Origin: Malacoraja senta | Taxonomy: Eukaryota | Direction of reading: 5' to 3' | Assembly: GCA_038087875.1 (NCBI GenBank) | Contig: JAXLNO010000150.1 | Coordinates: 1-38,321, forward strand | DNA: 38,321 bases | Part shown: in pieces, positions 1 through 12,342 of the stretch | Layout: the number at the start of each line of letters is the position of its first letter | Position numbering within the stretch: the stretch's first letter is position 1 | Position numbers and translations under genes: made by a program | The notes under the pieces: model-generated | What the model was told of the DNA's origin: nothing | Database searches by the model: none | The model's input: the letters and a program-made list of their open reading frames with translations, nothing else

Positions 1-466
1 ATACACGGAACAGGCCCCTTACATTCCTTCGATCCTGATTTCCGACGCTGACTAGATAGATCCCCGTTACACTTGCATCTAATCCATGTACAACTTGTGA
101 CAATTACAATTTATATCAAAGCCGAGGAGGAGGTGTGGAGGCAGGGAGGGCGAGCGAGGGGAATGAGGCAGAGTGATGACGGGAATGAGTGGGTGAGGAG
201 CAGAGGGAGTGGGGAGCAGAGCGGAGTACGCAGGGACGGGTCCCAATGTGTGAGGTGTGTGGGGTGGAGGAGCTGGGAGGCAGTAACGGTCACTCCACTG
301 TGGAGTGGGATGTACTGGGGGTGTCAGATACACGGTGCAGGAGAGGGCTGGACCGTTGGTGTCACCACAGACTGGTGTCGGCCGTGCACTTCCCTCTGCT
401 CCCATCCCGCAGAGCTGCTGGATTATTTCCACACTACACCCACTGTCTGTCCACACTTTATTACAG

Positions 467-634
467 ATCCAGCCTCCGTACCAACTGGGGAATCCCAGGA
501 AACAACGCTGAACCCAGGAAACAACAGCTGAACCCAGGAATCAACAGCTGAACCCCAGGAATCATCTGAACCCCAGGAAACAGCTGATCCCCGGGAAGGA
601 TGTGTCCACCGTCCCAGAACCAAATACAAGCTCA
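467..634 (+). pseudogene. Exon A1 of the mucin-like exon array (about 5 EPQETTA-type units); disrupted as assembled
   Basis: Acceptor ttattacag|ATCCAGCC as in the other A exons. Several 1-nt indels in the units (ccc for cccc) give a TGA at 529-531, and the donor reads ctca|gtattg instead of ctcag|gtattg. May be consensus error, since the first ~2 kb is indel-rich relative to its paralogues. Confidence 0.6.
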
Positions 635-1215
635 GTATTGATGGTTTTTATCTGACATCAGGTATTGATATTTCTGACCCCAAACGTCCGTGCTGGTGGG
701 GAAAGGGCAGGGGATGGGTGACTTGAGGAATATTGGCATCGAGGAGATGGAGGAGAGAGGCTGGGGTGTGGGGTGAGGAAATCTGGAGAGAGAGAGGGGA
801 GGAGGGGGTCTGTAATGGACGGAGGGTGTGTGGAGTGGGAAGGGGGATCAGAAGGGGAGTAGGGGTTTGTGGGAGGAGGCTTGGAATTGGGGGATGGAGG
901 GATGTTGAGAAAAGGCGAGGAGGGATTTCTGGAGTGAGCGGAGGCTGATGTTGGGGAGTGGGGAGGGGGAGGTCTGGAGTGAGGGGAGGTGGGAGTGGGG
1001 GAGTGGGGTGGGGGAGGTTTGGAAGGTTGGTGCTGAGGAGTGGGGAGGGGGAGAGGGAGGTCTGTTATTGGGGTGGAGGTGGCAGGAGGGAGTCTGGGGA
1101 GATGGGCCCAGGAATCCATTGGTGGGAGCGGACCCCAGGGAGGGTGGATGTGGGACAGTGTGGAGAGGGGAGGAGGGCAAGTAGAAATGTGCGAGTATAG
1201 TGGGAAGAGTAGGGC

Positions 1216-1512
1216 AGGTATATCCAGGGAACAGGCCCTTCGTCCTTCGACCCTGATTCCGCGCTGACCAGTGATGCCCGTACACTTGCACTATCCTGTA
1301 CATTGGGGACAATTACAATTGATACCAAAGCCAATTTACCTACAAACCTGTACGTCTTTGGAGTGTGAGAGGACACCGGAGCACCCGGGGAAACCCACGC
1401 AGGTCACATGGAGAACGTGCAAACTCCACACAGACAGCAGCCCGTAGTCAGGATCTAACTCGGGTCTCGGCGCAGTGAGGCAGCAACTCTACCGCTGCCC
1501 CTTGTGCTGCCC
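1216..1512 (-). mobile_element. tRNA-derived V-SINE (HE1-like)
   Basis: Minus strand reads gggcagcac..ggcagcggtagagttgctgcctcac..gagacccgagtt (tRNA-like head), V-domain gtgtggagtttgcacgttctcc..gcgtgggtttcc..gggtgctccgg, and a CR1-like tail aagggcctgttcc. Confidence 0.85.
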
Positions 1513-1931
1513 TAAGGAGTGAATGGGTGACTGGAGATTGCGGGAGGAGGGGGGAAAGTCAGTGGAGGGCTCTTGTGGAGAATGTATTTTGGTGACTGAC
1601 TGACACTCGGGGGCGGGCTGAATGGTGAAGCGAGGGAGGGTGTGCACGGATTGGGTGAGGGTGTGAGTGAGTCGGGAAAGATGGATTTTGTCAGGATCCA
1701 GGGATAGAGCTCTGTAGGAGAGACGAGGAGGAACAAGGAAGCGTGGTGTGGAGAGCGTGTTGGAGGGTGGAATGTTCCAGGTGAGATGTGGGACCTGTGA
1801 GATTTGGTGTGTGTTGCTATCAGCATGGACTGGTGACTCTTGGTCTCTGCCGCCGACTTCCCTCCTGATCAGCTGTACAATGTGTATTTTACTCTTTTAC
1901 CCTCCCTGTCCCTCCTCTCCTCTTCTTCCAG

Positions 1932-2027
1932 ATCCACCGTTGGACACAACTCTGGAACCCAGGGAGCAGGGACTGGAGACTCTGGTCCGGTTTAACACGT
2001 GACCCAGCAGCGTCGTCGCAAGCTCAG
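1932..2027 (+). pseudogene. Exon B1 (96 nt), frameshifted copy of B2
   Basis: ttcttccag|ATCCACCG ... AGCTCAG|gtatca. Small indels relative to B2 create an in-frame TGA at 2000-2002. Confidence 0.6.
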
Positions 2028-2060
2028 GTATCAGTGGTGGGAGCATGGAACATAGAAAAA

Positions 2061-2330
2061 GGCAGCATGGTGGTGCAGCGGTAGAGTTGCTGGCTTACAG
2101 TGCCAGAGACCCGGGTTTGATCCTGACTATGGGTGCTGTCTGTACGGAGTTTGTACATTCTCTCCCCGTGACCAGGTTTGTAGGTTAATTGGCTTGGTAT
2201 CATTGTAAATTGTCCCTGGTGTGTAGTATAGTGTGTAGTTTAGTGTTAGTGTGTGGGGATCGTTGGTCAGTGCAGACTGGGTGGGCTGAAGGGTCCAGTT
2301 TCCACGCTGTATCTCCAAACTAAACTAAAC
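2061..2330 (+). mobile_element. V-SINE (HE1-like) with internal V-domain deletion
   Basis: ggcagcatggtggtgcagcggtagagttgct..gagacccgggtttgatcc head; tail gggctgaagggtccagtttccacgctgtat followed by (ctaaa)n. Confidence 0.85.
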
Positions 2331-2700
2331 AGGACATTACAGGAACAGGCCCATCACCCCAACAAAGTCCGTGCTGAACATGATGCCAATTTAAACCTCT
2401 GCCTGCACGTGATCCATATCCCCTACATTTCCTGCATACAAACATGCCTCACCAAAATACGTAATATCCCACTATCGTATCAGCCTCCACCACCACTTCT
2501 GGCAGCACATTCCAGGCCCCCACCACTGTGTAAAAGACTTGCCCCCACAGCTGTTAAACTTTGCACCTTGCATCTTAAAGCTGTGCCTTCTACTCTTTGA
2601 CATTTCCACCCTGGGGGGAAGTTCTAAATGGCTACCCCATCATTGCTTCATAATTTCATATATACTTCTGTCTGATCTATAATTAGCCTCGACAACCCAG
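2331..2700 (-). mobile_element. CR1-clade LINE 3' fragment (paralogue at ~15009-15380)
   Basis: Minus-strand translation of the paralogue includes WNVLPEVVVEADT, the CR1 ORF2 C-terminal motif. Confidence 0.75.
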
Positions 2701-2744
2701 AGAAAACACCTCCTGAATATCTCCGCACAGTCCGCCAAGGCCAA

Positions 2745-3320
2745 CGAGATCTCCCGGTTGCTAAACACTTTAACTCCTCCTCCCTTCCCATACTGACCTT
2801 TCTGTCCTGGGCCTCCTCCACTGTCAGAGGTGAGGCCCAACCCAAATTGGAGAAACAGCACCTCATATTTCATTAGGGCAGCTTACAACCCCAGTGGTTT
2901 GATAATAGGTTTCTCTAACTTCTATTAACCCTTGCTTTTTCCTCTCTTCCTTCCCTCCCCCACCCTCGTTCTCTGAATCGTTTCATTGTCCTCCTGATTA
3001 ATTTTACTGATATTATGCCTTGTTGTCACCTTCCCTCCCCCTCCCCAGCTAACAGTGAACCATTCAACATTTGCTTGACCATTTCTTCTCTCCAGAGATG
3101 CTCCCTGTCTCGCTGAGTTACTCCAGCATTTTGTGTCTACCTTTGCTTGTCATAGTCTGCTTTGATCTGTTGTTACCACACCTTACCCTTCCATATCTCT
3201 AGTCTCCCTCTTCCCTGACTCTCAGTCTGAAGAAGGGTCTCGACCCAAAACGTCACCCATTCCTTCTCTCCAGAGATGTTGCCTGTCTCACTGAGTTTCT
3301 CCTGCTTTTTGTGTCCATCT
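2745..3320 (+). mobile_element. Penelope-like element 3' fragment (GIY-YIG C-terminus plus 3' repeat); paralogue at ~15420-15990
   Basis: Degenerate translation PVAKHFNS..HTDLSVLGLLHCQ.EAQ.KLEKQHLIF..GSLQPSG, typical of the vertebrate Penelope endonuclease C-terminus. It is followed by the ctgaagaagggtctcgaccc(g)aaacgtca repeat. Confidence 0.75.
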
Positions 3321-3650
3321 CCAGAGAAAACAATCCAGGGTAGTCCAATCTCTCCTTAAAGCTAATGCCCTCTAATCCATGCAGCATTCTGGTAAACTCC
3401 TTCTGCTCCTTGTCCAAAGCCTCCACATCACTCCTGGAATGGGGCAACCAGAACGGCTATAACAATACTCCAAATGCAGCCCAACCAAAGTCCTATGTAA
3501 CTGCAACATAACTTCCTGACTTCCCGACCTATTCAGAACTTTGTGTCCACTTTCTCTGGCTGCTCGTTCCATACACCCACCACACTCTGAATGATAAATA
3601 GTTGCCCCACTGGTTCCTGTTAAATCTATCCCCTCTCATCATAAACTTAT
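3320..3650 (-). mobile_element. Degraded CR1 fragment (paralogue at ~15990-16325)
   Basis: Minus-strand peptides SQEVMLQLHRTLVGLHLEYC and FTRMLHGLEGISFKERLD. Confidence 0.7.
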
Positions 3651-4574
3651 GTCCAACACAGAGTGTCCATTATGTTACTACAACTTTGTGGCACTTGTTT
3701 TTTTTATGTAAACGACCATATTTATATATATATGCAAAGTGTTGGAGTAACAGTGGATGATGCAGAATCTCTGGAGAAAATGGATAGTTCATGTCCTCCA
3801 GAGATACTGCCTGACCCGCTGAGTTTCACCAGTACTTTGTGACTTTTTTTGGACATAAATATAAGTGGGTTGGTTAGTATGTTTGCAGATGACACCAATA
3901 TAATGTAGATGGAGGTGCGGACTGTGAGGAAGGCTGTCAAAGTACACAGTGGGATATAGATCAGTTACTGAAGTGGGTAGACAAGTGGCAGATTAATCCA
4001 AACAAGTGTGAGGTGTTGCACTCTGGGAGGTCAAATGCAAGGGGAATTGTACAGTTAATGTCAAGAAGAACATTGATGCTTGTCATAGTCTGCTTTGATC
4101 TGTTGTTTTCACACCTTAGCCTTCCATATCTCCAGTCTCCCTCTTCCCTAACTCTCAGTCTGAAGAAGGTCTCGACCCAAATTGTCATCCATTCCTTCGC
4201 TCCAGAGATGCTGCCTGCCTCACTGAGTTACTCCTGCTTTTTGCGTCTTTCTCCTGAGAATCTGCCTGGATTAGAGCGCATTAGCTTTAAGAAGAGATTG
4301 GACAACCCTGGATTGTTTTCTCTGGAGATGGACACTAAAAGCTGGAGTAACTCAACGGGTCAGACAACATCTTTGGAGAAAGGATGGGTGACGTTCCGGG
4401 TCGGGACACTTCTTCCGACTGAAGAGCGTAGGATGTACACCCGAAATGACACCCATCCTTTTTCTCCACAGTCTTTGTTTCTACATTTTTCAGTGAAGAT
4501 AGTGGAGACAGGTATAATAACAACATTTACAAGGACGGGAAAGGTGTAGAGGAATTTGGGGCAATATGTGGGCA

Positions 4575-4732
4575 AATGAATGAATGAATGAATGAAGGAA
4601 TGAAGGAATGAATGAATGAATGAATGAAGGAATGAAGGAATGAAGGAATGAAGGAATGAAGGAATGAATGAATGAATGAATGAAGAAGGAATGAAGGAAT
4701 GAAGGAATGAATGAATGAATGAAGGAATGAAT
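4575..4732. repeat. (GAAT)/(GAAG) compound microsatellite forming the 3' tail of the L2-group LINE
   Basis: Direct inspection; follows aataaa on the minus strand. Confidence 0.92.
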
Positions 4733-7700
4733 AGTTTATTTTGGTCATACATTAAAAAGAACAAAACTTTACAATCTGTGTGAATATGAACCAACACTGT
4801 ATCCATTTCACACAATGTTCACATAATCAATGACCGAAAATGGAATAGGCTGAAGCCACAAAGCTTATTTGCCTATCCTATACAATCCATAAGATAAGAT
4901 AACCCAGAATATCAGCATTACAAAGGAAAGAAGAAAAAAATACTCTAAATTGTAATCCTTACTTATTTTACATTTTAATCATTTTACATTATAATCCTTA
5001 ATTATTTTACTTTTTAAGGCTTTTTTGAAACTCGACAGAGAGCTACAAAATGTCAACTCATCACTAAGCCCGTTCCATAATTTGACTCCCAAAACTGAGA
5101 CACATCTATACTTTACATTGGTTCTCACTTTACATGTTTCAAAAATACACAACCCTCTTAAATTATAATGTCCTTCTCTTCATTTAAATTGTTTTTGAAT
5201 ACTAACAGGAATACTAACTCGGAAAAGTATTTCTAATGTCTTTTCATGCACAATATCCAAAAATTTTAAGGTACCGGACTTTATGAATAATGGATTTGTA
5301 GTTTCACGGTAAGAAGCTTTATGTATTATTCTAATAACTCTTTTCTCGAGTTTAATTAAATCAAATCAAATCAAAAACTTTATTTGCCATTTGTGCTTAC
5401 ACACATAGGAACTCTTGTGCGGTTGTTCAGAGAGTCAAGTCAAATCAAGTTAAAAAGACACACAGAAAGACACATAATCTATAAACTATAAACACATATA
5501 CTATGATATGTTATGAGGTGGGTCAGGACATCAGTTCATTTTGTTTTGGCCAAGAGTCTCACTGTGGCAGGGAAGAAGCTCTTGAAAAAGCGTGTTCTGT
5601 TTGTGGCGATGCTGTCTACTCGTCTGTGCCTCAGGTTGTATGTGCAGTTTTTGTGTTTGAGCAGGGAGTGAGCTGGATGTAGTGTGTCTCTGATGATTCT
5701 CTCTGCTCTTTTTTGACAGCGCTGTGTGTAGATTGTTTCCATCGAGGGAAGTTCCGTTCTGATAATCCTCTCTGCAGTCTTTATGACTCTTTGCAGAGCC
5801 TTCCTCTCTGTCTGTATGGTGTTTCCATACCACACCATAATGCCTGTGGTGAGGATGCTCTCTATCAGTCCTTTGTAGACCTGGGTGAGAGGGCGACAGT
5901 GCAGACCAGCTTTTCTGAGCAGCCTGATGAAATACAGTCTCTGCTGGGCTTTTTTCACTGTTGCGGCAGTGTTCAAAATCCAGTTCAGATCTGATGTTAC
6001 TTGTAATCCCAGGTATCTGTAACTGTCAGCCCTCTCCACCACAGTCCCCTTGATGATGAGGGCTGCAGGGGGGTGGATTTTTTCTGAAGTCCATTATTAT
6101 TTCTCTTGTCTTGTCTGTGTTGAGGCTTAGGTCGTTCACCTCACCATAGGCAAGAATGTCGTTCACCAGATTCCTGTAGCCCGACTCGTCCCCCCCCTTG
6201 ATGAGGCCCAGGATGGTGGTATCATCCGCATACTTAATAATGATGGTATTTTCCTGGGTGGAGACACAGTCGTGTGTGTACAGGGTGAAAAGTTTGGGAC
6301 TGAGACAGCAGCCTTGTGGTGATCCTGTGCTGACGGTGAGCTCTGCAGACACCCTCCTTCCCATCCTCACCACCTGTGGCCTTTCAGTCAGGAAATCCAA
6401 GATCCAGTTGCAGGTGGGAGTCGGGACGCTGAGGTCTGTCAGCTTCTCAATCAGCCTGCCCGGGCGAATGGTATTAAAAGCCGAACTGTAATCCAGGAAC
6501 AGCGTTCTGACGTATGTTCCTCTGCTGTCCAGGTGTTGCAGGATGTGGTGTAGAGCAATGGCCACTGCGTCGTCCACTGAGCGGTTGGGGCGGTAGGCGA
6601 ACTGGAGGGGTCGATCGTGCCCGGGACCATGTGATTGATATGTGTGAGAACCAGTTTTTCTAAACACTTCATGGCAACTGGCATGAGTGCCACTGGCCTG
6701 ATGTCATTCAGGGTGGATGGATTTGGGTTTTTTGGAACTGGTACGATGGTGGAAATTTAAAAAATACGGGGGACCACTGCTTGGTTTAAAGACAGATTGA
6801 AGATGTTTACATACACTCCAGTGAGTTGTTCTGCACAGGCCTTCAGAACTTTAGGAGGGACGCCATCTGGTCCCACTACTGCCTCAGAGCTTTCAGGACC
6901 TGTATGGGTGTCACCTGAAAAACAGTGTCCGTGGGGTTGCAGGGGGCTTTTGAGGGGGTGTCTGTGTTCAGTCTGTCAAACATGGTGTAGAAGGTATTAA
7001 GGCTGTCTGGGAGGGTGACATCCTGGGGGTCTGTGGTTGGTACTGTTTTCTTGTAGTTTGTGACTGCTTGGATTCCCTGCCACATACTGCGTGTGTTGTT
7101 ACTTAAGTAAAATCTTTCAAGTTTTTGGGAATAAGCCCTCTTTGCAGCTCTGATGGACTTCTGTAGCTCGTACTGGGCTTTCTTGTACTCCCCTTGATCT
7201 CCTGACTTAAAAGCTTCCTGCCTTTTCCTGATCTTCTGTTTTATGTTTCTATTGAACCAAGGTTTCTGGTTTGGAAACACACGCACAGTTCTGGGAGGGG
7301 CACATATAGATGTACACCAGCTGATGTAGTCACTCACAGCCTCTGTGTATTCATGAATGTCATCTGTGGCCACCTTAAAGATGTTCCAGTCTGTAGCCTC
7401 TAAACATCCCTGCAAGCTAGCCTGTGCACTGTCCGTCCAGGTGTTAACAGTTCTGACTGTGACTGGCTGTGCCTTAAGCCTCTTGATGTAGGTGGGCTTG
7501 AGCCGAATTGCCAGGTGGTCAGACTTGCCGAAGTGGGGTGTTGGTTCAGCTATAAAAGCATTTCTGATATTACTGTAGCAGTGGTCCAGTATCTTATTTC
7601 CTCTAGTTGGGAAAGTCACAAACTGATACAGTTTTGGTATGTTTTTCTTGAGTTTACAATGATTAAAGTCTCCCAGAATAATAAAAGCAGCATCAGGATA

Positions 7701-8858
7701 TTTGTTTTCATGCTCATTGATCATGTCGTGTAGCTCCCTGATACACGACATGTCATATACATGTCATATACATTTCTCCAAACTTCAACACAATATGACA
7801 AAAATGGCATTATAAGCGAGCAATACAATATATACAAACACTTCTTGTTCAACAGATCCTTTGTTTTGGAAAGAATAGCAATGGATTTAGATAATTTCCG
7901 TTTGATGTATTCTATATGTGGCTTCCAACAAAGTTTATGATCTATAATCACTCCCAGGAATTTTGTTTGATATACTCTTTCAATTTCAACTCCATTTAAA
8001 TTCAATTTTAATTCACAATTAACCCTGTCACCACCAAACACCATAAATTTTGTTTTATTTTCATTTAGGGATAATTTATTAATATCAAACCATTTTTTTA
8101 ACACTATCAATTTTCTTTCTGCTGTTTTCAATAGTTCTTTTATATCATTCCCTGAACAAAATACATTTGTATCATCCGCAAAACGTAACAAACTTCATCA
8201 TATTGGATACTTTACAAATATCATTTAAATAAAGTATAAATAACTTAGGTCCCAGTACCGAACCTTGTGGAACACCACAGGTTACTCTTCTAAGCTGTGA
8301 TTCAGTATTATTAATTTTTATGTACTGAAACCTATTACTTAAATAACTTCCCAACCAATTTTGTGTGACACCTCTTATACCATAATGTTCCAATTTCTGC
8401 AAAAGTAAGGAATGATCAATTGTATCAAATGCTTTACGTAAATCAATAAATACACCCACGGTGTGTAGTTTCTTATCTATTGCTGTTGCTATATTTTCTA
8501 CAAAATCCATCACCGCTAAAGATGTCGATCGATTATTCCTAAACCCATATTGATGATCACTCAATATCTCATATTTCTCAATGAAGTCTTCACGTCTATT
8601 CACAAATAGCTTTTCGAGTATTTTAGAAAATTGAGGTAGCAAAGACACAGGTCTATAACTTGATACCATATGTTTGTCACCATTTTTATAGATTGGAACC
8701 ACCTTAGTTATTTTCATTTTATTGGGAAAAAACACCTTTTAGAAAGGATTTATTGCATATATAGGTAAAGGGCTCGAGGACACAATCAATTACTACTTTT
8801 ATAAGTGACATATCAATGGTGTTACCATCAGTTGATTTTTTATCCTTAAACTTTCTGA
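4579..8858 (-). mobile_element. 5'-truncated L2-group LINE (Crack/Daphne-like), split by a Rex1/Babar insertion
   Basis: RT motifs [42 protein letters not shown] (ORFs 8172-8735 and 7721-8191). The C-terminus resumes below 5357 (LIKLEKRVIRII). Has an (ATTC/CTTC)n tail and TSD caaatg at 4573-4578 and 8859-8864. The empty site is visible in unit 2 near 17247-17255. Confidence 0.85.
5358..7765 (-). mobile_element. 5'-truncated Rex1/Babar LINE with frameshifts
   Basis: Peptides [50 protein letters not shown]; endonuclease remnant ILGDFNH..SDH; (TTTGA)n tail at 5358-5375. Confidence 0.9.
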
Positions 8859-9142
8859 CAAATGGAACTAGCTGAGATGTGGTGGCATGGATGAGTTGGG
8901 CTGAAGGGCCTGTTTCCGTGCCCTATAGTCTGTGACTGCGGCCAGTCCCTCAAATTCCCCCCGACTTGGACTGAGGGGAGTGACGTGGAGTGACAGACAT
9001 TTCAGAAGGAGAGTGGGTGAAAGGAGACTGGATGATGCTGCTCTCTCCACAGAGCCAGTCCTCCAATTCCCAAACTCCGTTGACTGTCTGATGACCTGTT
9101 GTAGTGTTGCCACACTCCCGTGTCTCTGTTCCTTTATTCCAG

Positions 9143-9238
9143 ATCCCCAGATGTCCACAGTGGAACAGACCCAGGGATCATCGACAGGAGAATCCGTCCA
9201 GGAATCAGCTTCTGTCCCAGTGGGAGACACATCTTCAG
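9143..9238 (+). CDS. Exon C1, 96 nt, phase 1-1: (D)PQMSTVEQTQGSSTGESVQESASVPVGDTSS
   Basis: Polypyrimidine tract plus tttattccag|ATCC acceptor and TCAG|gtacca donor; open frame; protein identical to C2. Confidence 0.8.
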
Positions 9239-9293
9239 GTACCAAACCCTCTCACACATTTTCACTTGTCCTCATTAACCCTGTCATGGGGTC

Positions 9294-10850
9294 ATAGAGT
9301 GATACAGTGTGGAAACAACTCGCCCATTGGCCAACATGTTCCAGTCACACTAGTCCCACCTGCCAGCATTTGGTCCATATCCCTCCAAACTTGTCCTATA
9401 CATGTGCCTATCTAACTGTTTCTTAAATGTTGGGATGGTCCCTGCCACAACTTCCTCCTCTGGCAGCTTGTTCCATACATCCACCACCCATTGTGAGAAA
9501 AGGTTACCCCTCAGATTCCTATTAAATCTTTTCCCCTTCACCTTGAACCTTGTCCTCTGGTCGTCCATTCACCTACTCTGGGCAAGAGACTGCATCTACC
9601 CGATCAATTCCTCCCATGATCTCGTACACCTCTAGAAGATCACCCCTCATCCTCCTGTGCTCCAAAGAATAAAGTTCTCTAGCCCTGGCAACATCCTTGT
9701 AAATATTCTCTCTACATTTTCCAGTTTGACAATATCTTTCCTATAACACGGTGTCCAGAACTGAACACAATACTCTAATTGTGTCCTCACCAACGTTGTA
9801 AACAACTGCAACGTTACCTCCCAACTTATATCCTCGATACTCTGGCTGATAAAGGCCAATGATCTAAAAGCCTTTTTGACCATCCGATTTACCTGTAACT
9901 CCACCTTCAGGGAACTATGCACCTACACTCTTAGATCCCACTGCTCCACAACACTCCCTAGAGCACTACCATTCACTGTGTCGGCTCTGCTCATATTAGA
10001 CTTCCCAAAATTCAACATCTCACATTTCTGTATTATATTCCATCCACCTCAGCCCACCTGCCCAATCGATCAAGATCCTGCTGCAATTTTTCACAACCAT
10101 CTGTAATATCGGTAAAACCACCCCTTTTGTATCATCTGCAAACTTGCTAATCTTGCCATGTATGTTCTCATCCAAATCATTGATAGAGATGACAAACAGT
10201 AACGGGCCCAGCACTGAACCCTGAGGCACACCACTAGTTACAGGCTTCCAGTCTGAGAAGCATCCTTCCACCATCACCCTCTGCTTCCTTCCATGGAGCC
10301 AATTTTCTATCCATTCAGCTATCTCTCCTTGGATCCCATTCCATCTAACCTTCCAGAGCAGCCTACCATGAGGATACTTGTTGAATGCTTTACTAAATTC
10401 CATTCATACAACATCTATAGCTCTGTTCTCATCGACCTTTCTAGTCACAACATTTGCCACCATTCAGTCTTCCGGCACCTCTCCTGAATTTAAAGACTAC
10501 TCGTAAATATTAACCAGGGCTGACGCAATTTCCTCTCTCGTTTCCCACAATTTCCTCGGATATATCTGATCAAGGCCTGAAGATTTGTCTATCTTCATAC
10601 ACGATAGTACCTTCAGCATCACTTGGACCATAACACTGACTGGTCTCAAGACATTTCCATTGACTGCCCCAAGTTCCTCAATCCTCCTGTCTTTCTCCTC
10701 GGTAAATACAGAGGAGAAATACTCGTTGACGACCTTGCCCATCTCCCGGCTCCACAAAGAGTTGACCGCTTTGATTCCTGAGGGGTCCCACTCTCTCTCT
10801 AGTTAGCCTTTTCCCCATTATCTATTTATAACATCTCTTGGGGTTGTCCT
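9294..10850 (-). mobile_element. Decayed CR1-clade LINE with internal deletions (unit-2 copy split into ~17681-18386 and ~31056-31597)
   Basis: Peptides [41 protein letters not shown]. Confidence 0.85.
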
Positions 10851-11089
10851 GAAATGTCACCTATCTATGTTCCCCAGAACTACTGCCTGACCCACTTAGT
10901 TACTCCAGCACTTTGTGTCCTTCACATTAAACCAGTCGGGTTCAGTGGAAATGGATGATTCCGTTGTGTGATGTGTAAGAGTGTTAAAGGAATACGGTCC
11001 GAGACTCTTGAAAGGCTGGCACCACCATTGTACCGAGCGTGCTGGATCAGTGGGGTATTACTGGAGTAACAGACATGTGGTGAAATAAT

Positions 11090-11420
11090 CTGAGGATTGA
11101 GCAGAGACACTGTTGTCCCTGGAGCACATTGAGGACACGTCCAGTAGAACAGATGAGGGAACCAGTGACTGGGCTGTGGGGGATTTTCAGAAAGCATTTA
11201 GTACTTTCCTGCACAAGAGGCTGGTCAACAAGGTCAGAGCACATGGAATTGTTCACACACTGATATGGATTGAGAATTGGCTTTTGGACAGAGAGCAACA
11301 GGTGGGAATAAGCAGATCATTCTCAGGTTGGCAGCAGTGACGTGTGGGTACAAGAGGGCTCAGTGCTTGGGCCCCGGTGAGTCACAGTCTGTATCAATAA
11401 CTTGGCTGGGACGATCATCT
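11090..11420 (+). mobile_element. Old CR1 RT fragment (paralogue at ~31835-32165)
   Basis: Peptide DFQKAFSTFLHKRLVNKVRAHGI..WIENWL. Confidence 0.75.
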
Positions 11421-12189
11421 GTGGACTGAGATACACCGTGATATCTCCCACTGACCCGCAGTGTCCCTCACTGTGCCCCCTGGGACCGAGCCTGGGACAC
11501 CCTCCCTGGGACCGAGATATTGTCAATACTCCCCCCCCCTCAAGGGAACCAAACTGACCCACAACCCCTCCCCAATGACCGAGTCTTCACCACTCCTCCC
11601 CCCGAGACCAAGACCACCCCTCAAAACCCAACCTGAGCCGTCCCCTATCCCCTCCCCCAGGGATCTCCCCTCCCGAGACCAGGCCGTTCCCTCCCCTCAC
11701 TCGCCCCAGGACAGACCCGTCCCCTCCCCTCCCCTCGCCCGAGATCGATTGAGCCGGGGGGTGAGGGGAAGCAGGGAGAGGGTGGAGTGGGACAGAGGGG
11801 GTGAGAGAGAGGGAAAGGGTGGGTGAGGGAAAGGCGGGGTGGAGGAGGTGGTGAGAGGGCAGGGAGGGGCGAGCAGACGGAATGAGGGCAGAGTGACGAC
11901 GGGAATGATGGGGGTGAGGAGCAGAGGGAGTGAGGAGCAGAGCGGAGTGACGCAGGGACGGGTCCCAATGTGTGAGGTGTGTGGGGTGGAGGAGCTGGGA
12001 GGCAGTAACGGTCACTCCACTGTGGAGTGGGATGTACTAGGGGTGTCAGGATACACGGTGCAGGAGAGGGCTGGACCGTTGGTGTCACCAGAGACTGGTG
12101 TCGGCCGTGCACTTCCCTCTGCTCACATCCCGCAGAGCTGCTGGATTATTTCCACACTACACCCACTGTCTGTCCACACTTTATTACAG

Positions 12190-12342
12190 ATCCAGCCTCC
12201 GCACCAACTGGGGAATCCCAGGAAACAGCAGCTGAACCCCAGGAAACAGCAGCTGAACCCCAGGAAACATCCGAACCCCAGGAAACAACAGCTGATCCCC
12301 GGAAGGATGTGTCCACCGTCCCAGAACCAGATACAACCTCAG
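12190..12342 (+). CDS. Exon A2, 153 nt, phase 1-1, 4 repeat units: (D)PASAPTGESQETAAEPQETAAEPQETSEPQETTADPRKDVSTVPEPDTTS
   Basis: ttattacag|ATCC ... CCTCAG|gtattg; length divisible by 3; no stop. Confidence 0.8.

Larger units (their letters stand above)
124..11840 (+). repeat. Higher-order tandem unit 1 (A-B-C), ~7.4 kb core plus a private 4.3-kb LINE nest
   Basis: Colinear, highly similar sequence recurs at ~11840-32480 (same exons, SINEs, CR1 and Penelope fragments in the same order). Boundaries are approximate. Confidence 0.9.

Noticed and set aside
658..1376. Cluster of Gly/Trp/Arg- or Pro-rich ORFs
   Set aside because: Stop-poor low-complexity DNA; frames are not conserved between paralogous modules.
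2061..2135. tRNA gene
   Set aside because: This is the tRNA-derived head of a V-SINE, followed by SINE body and tail; no complete cloverleaf.
4527..4815. His/Ser/Phe repeat protein (FIHS/FIPS)
   Set aside because: Translation of the LINE-tail microsatellite.
11461..11826. Pro-rich ORF as an additional exon
   Set aside because: No matching cag|ATCC and TCAG|gt boundaries, and the paralogue at ~32207-32480 has frame-changing indels.
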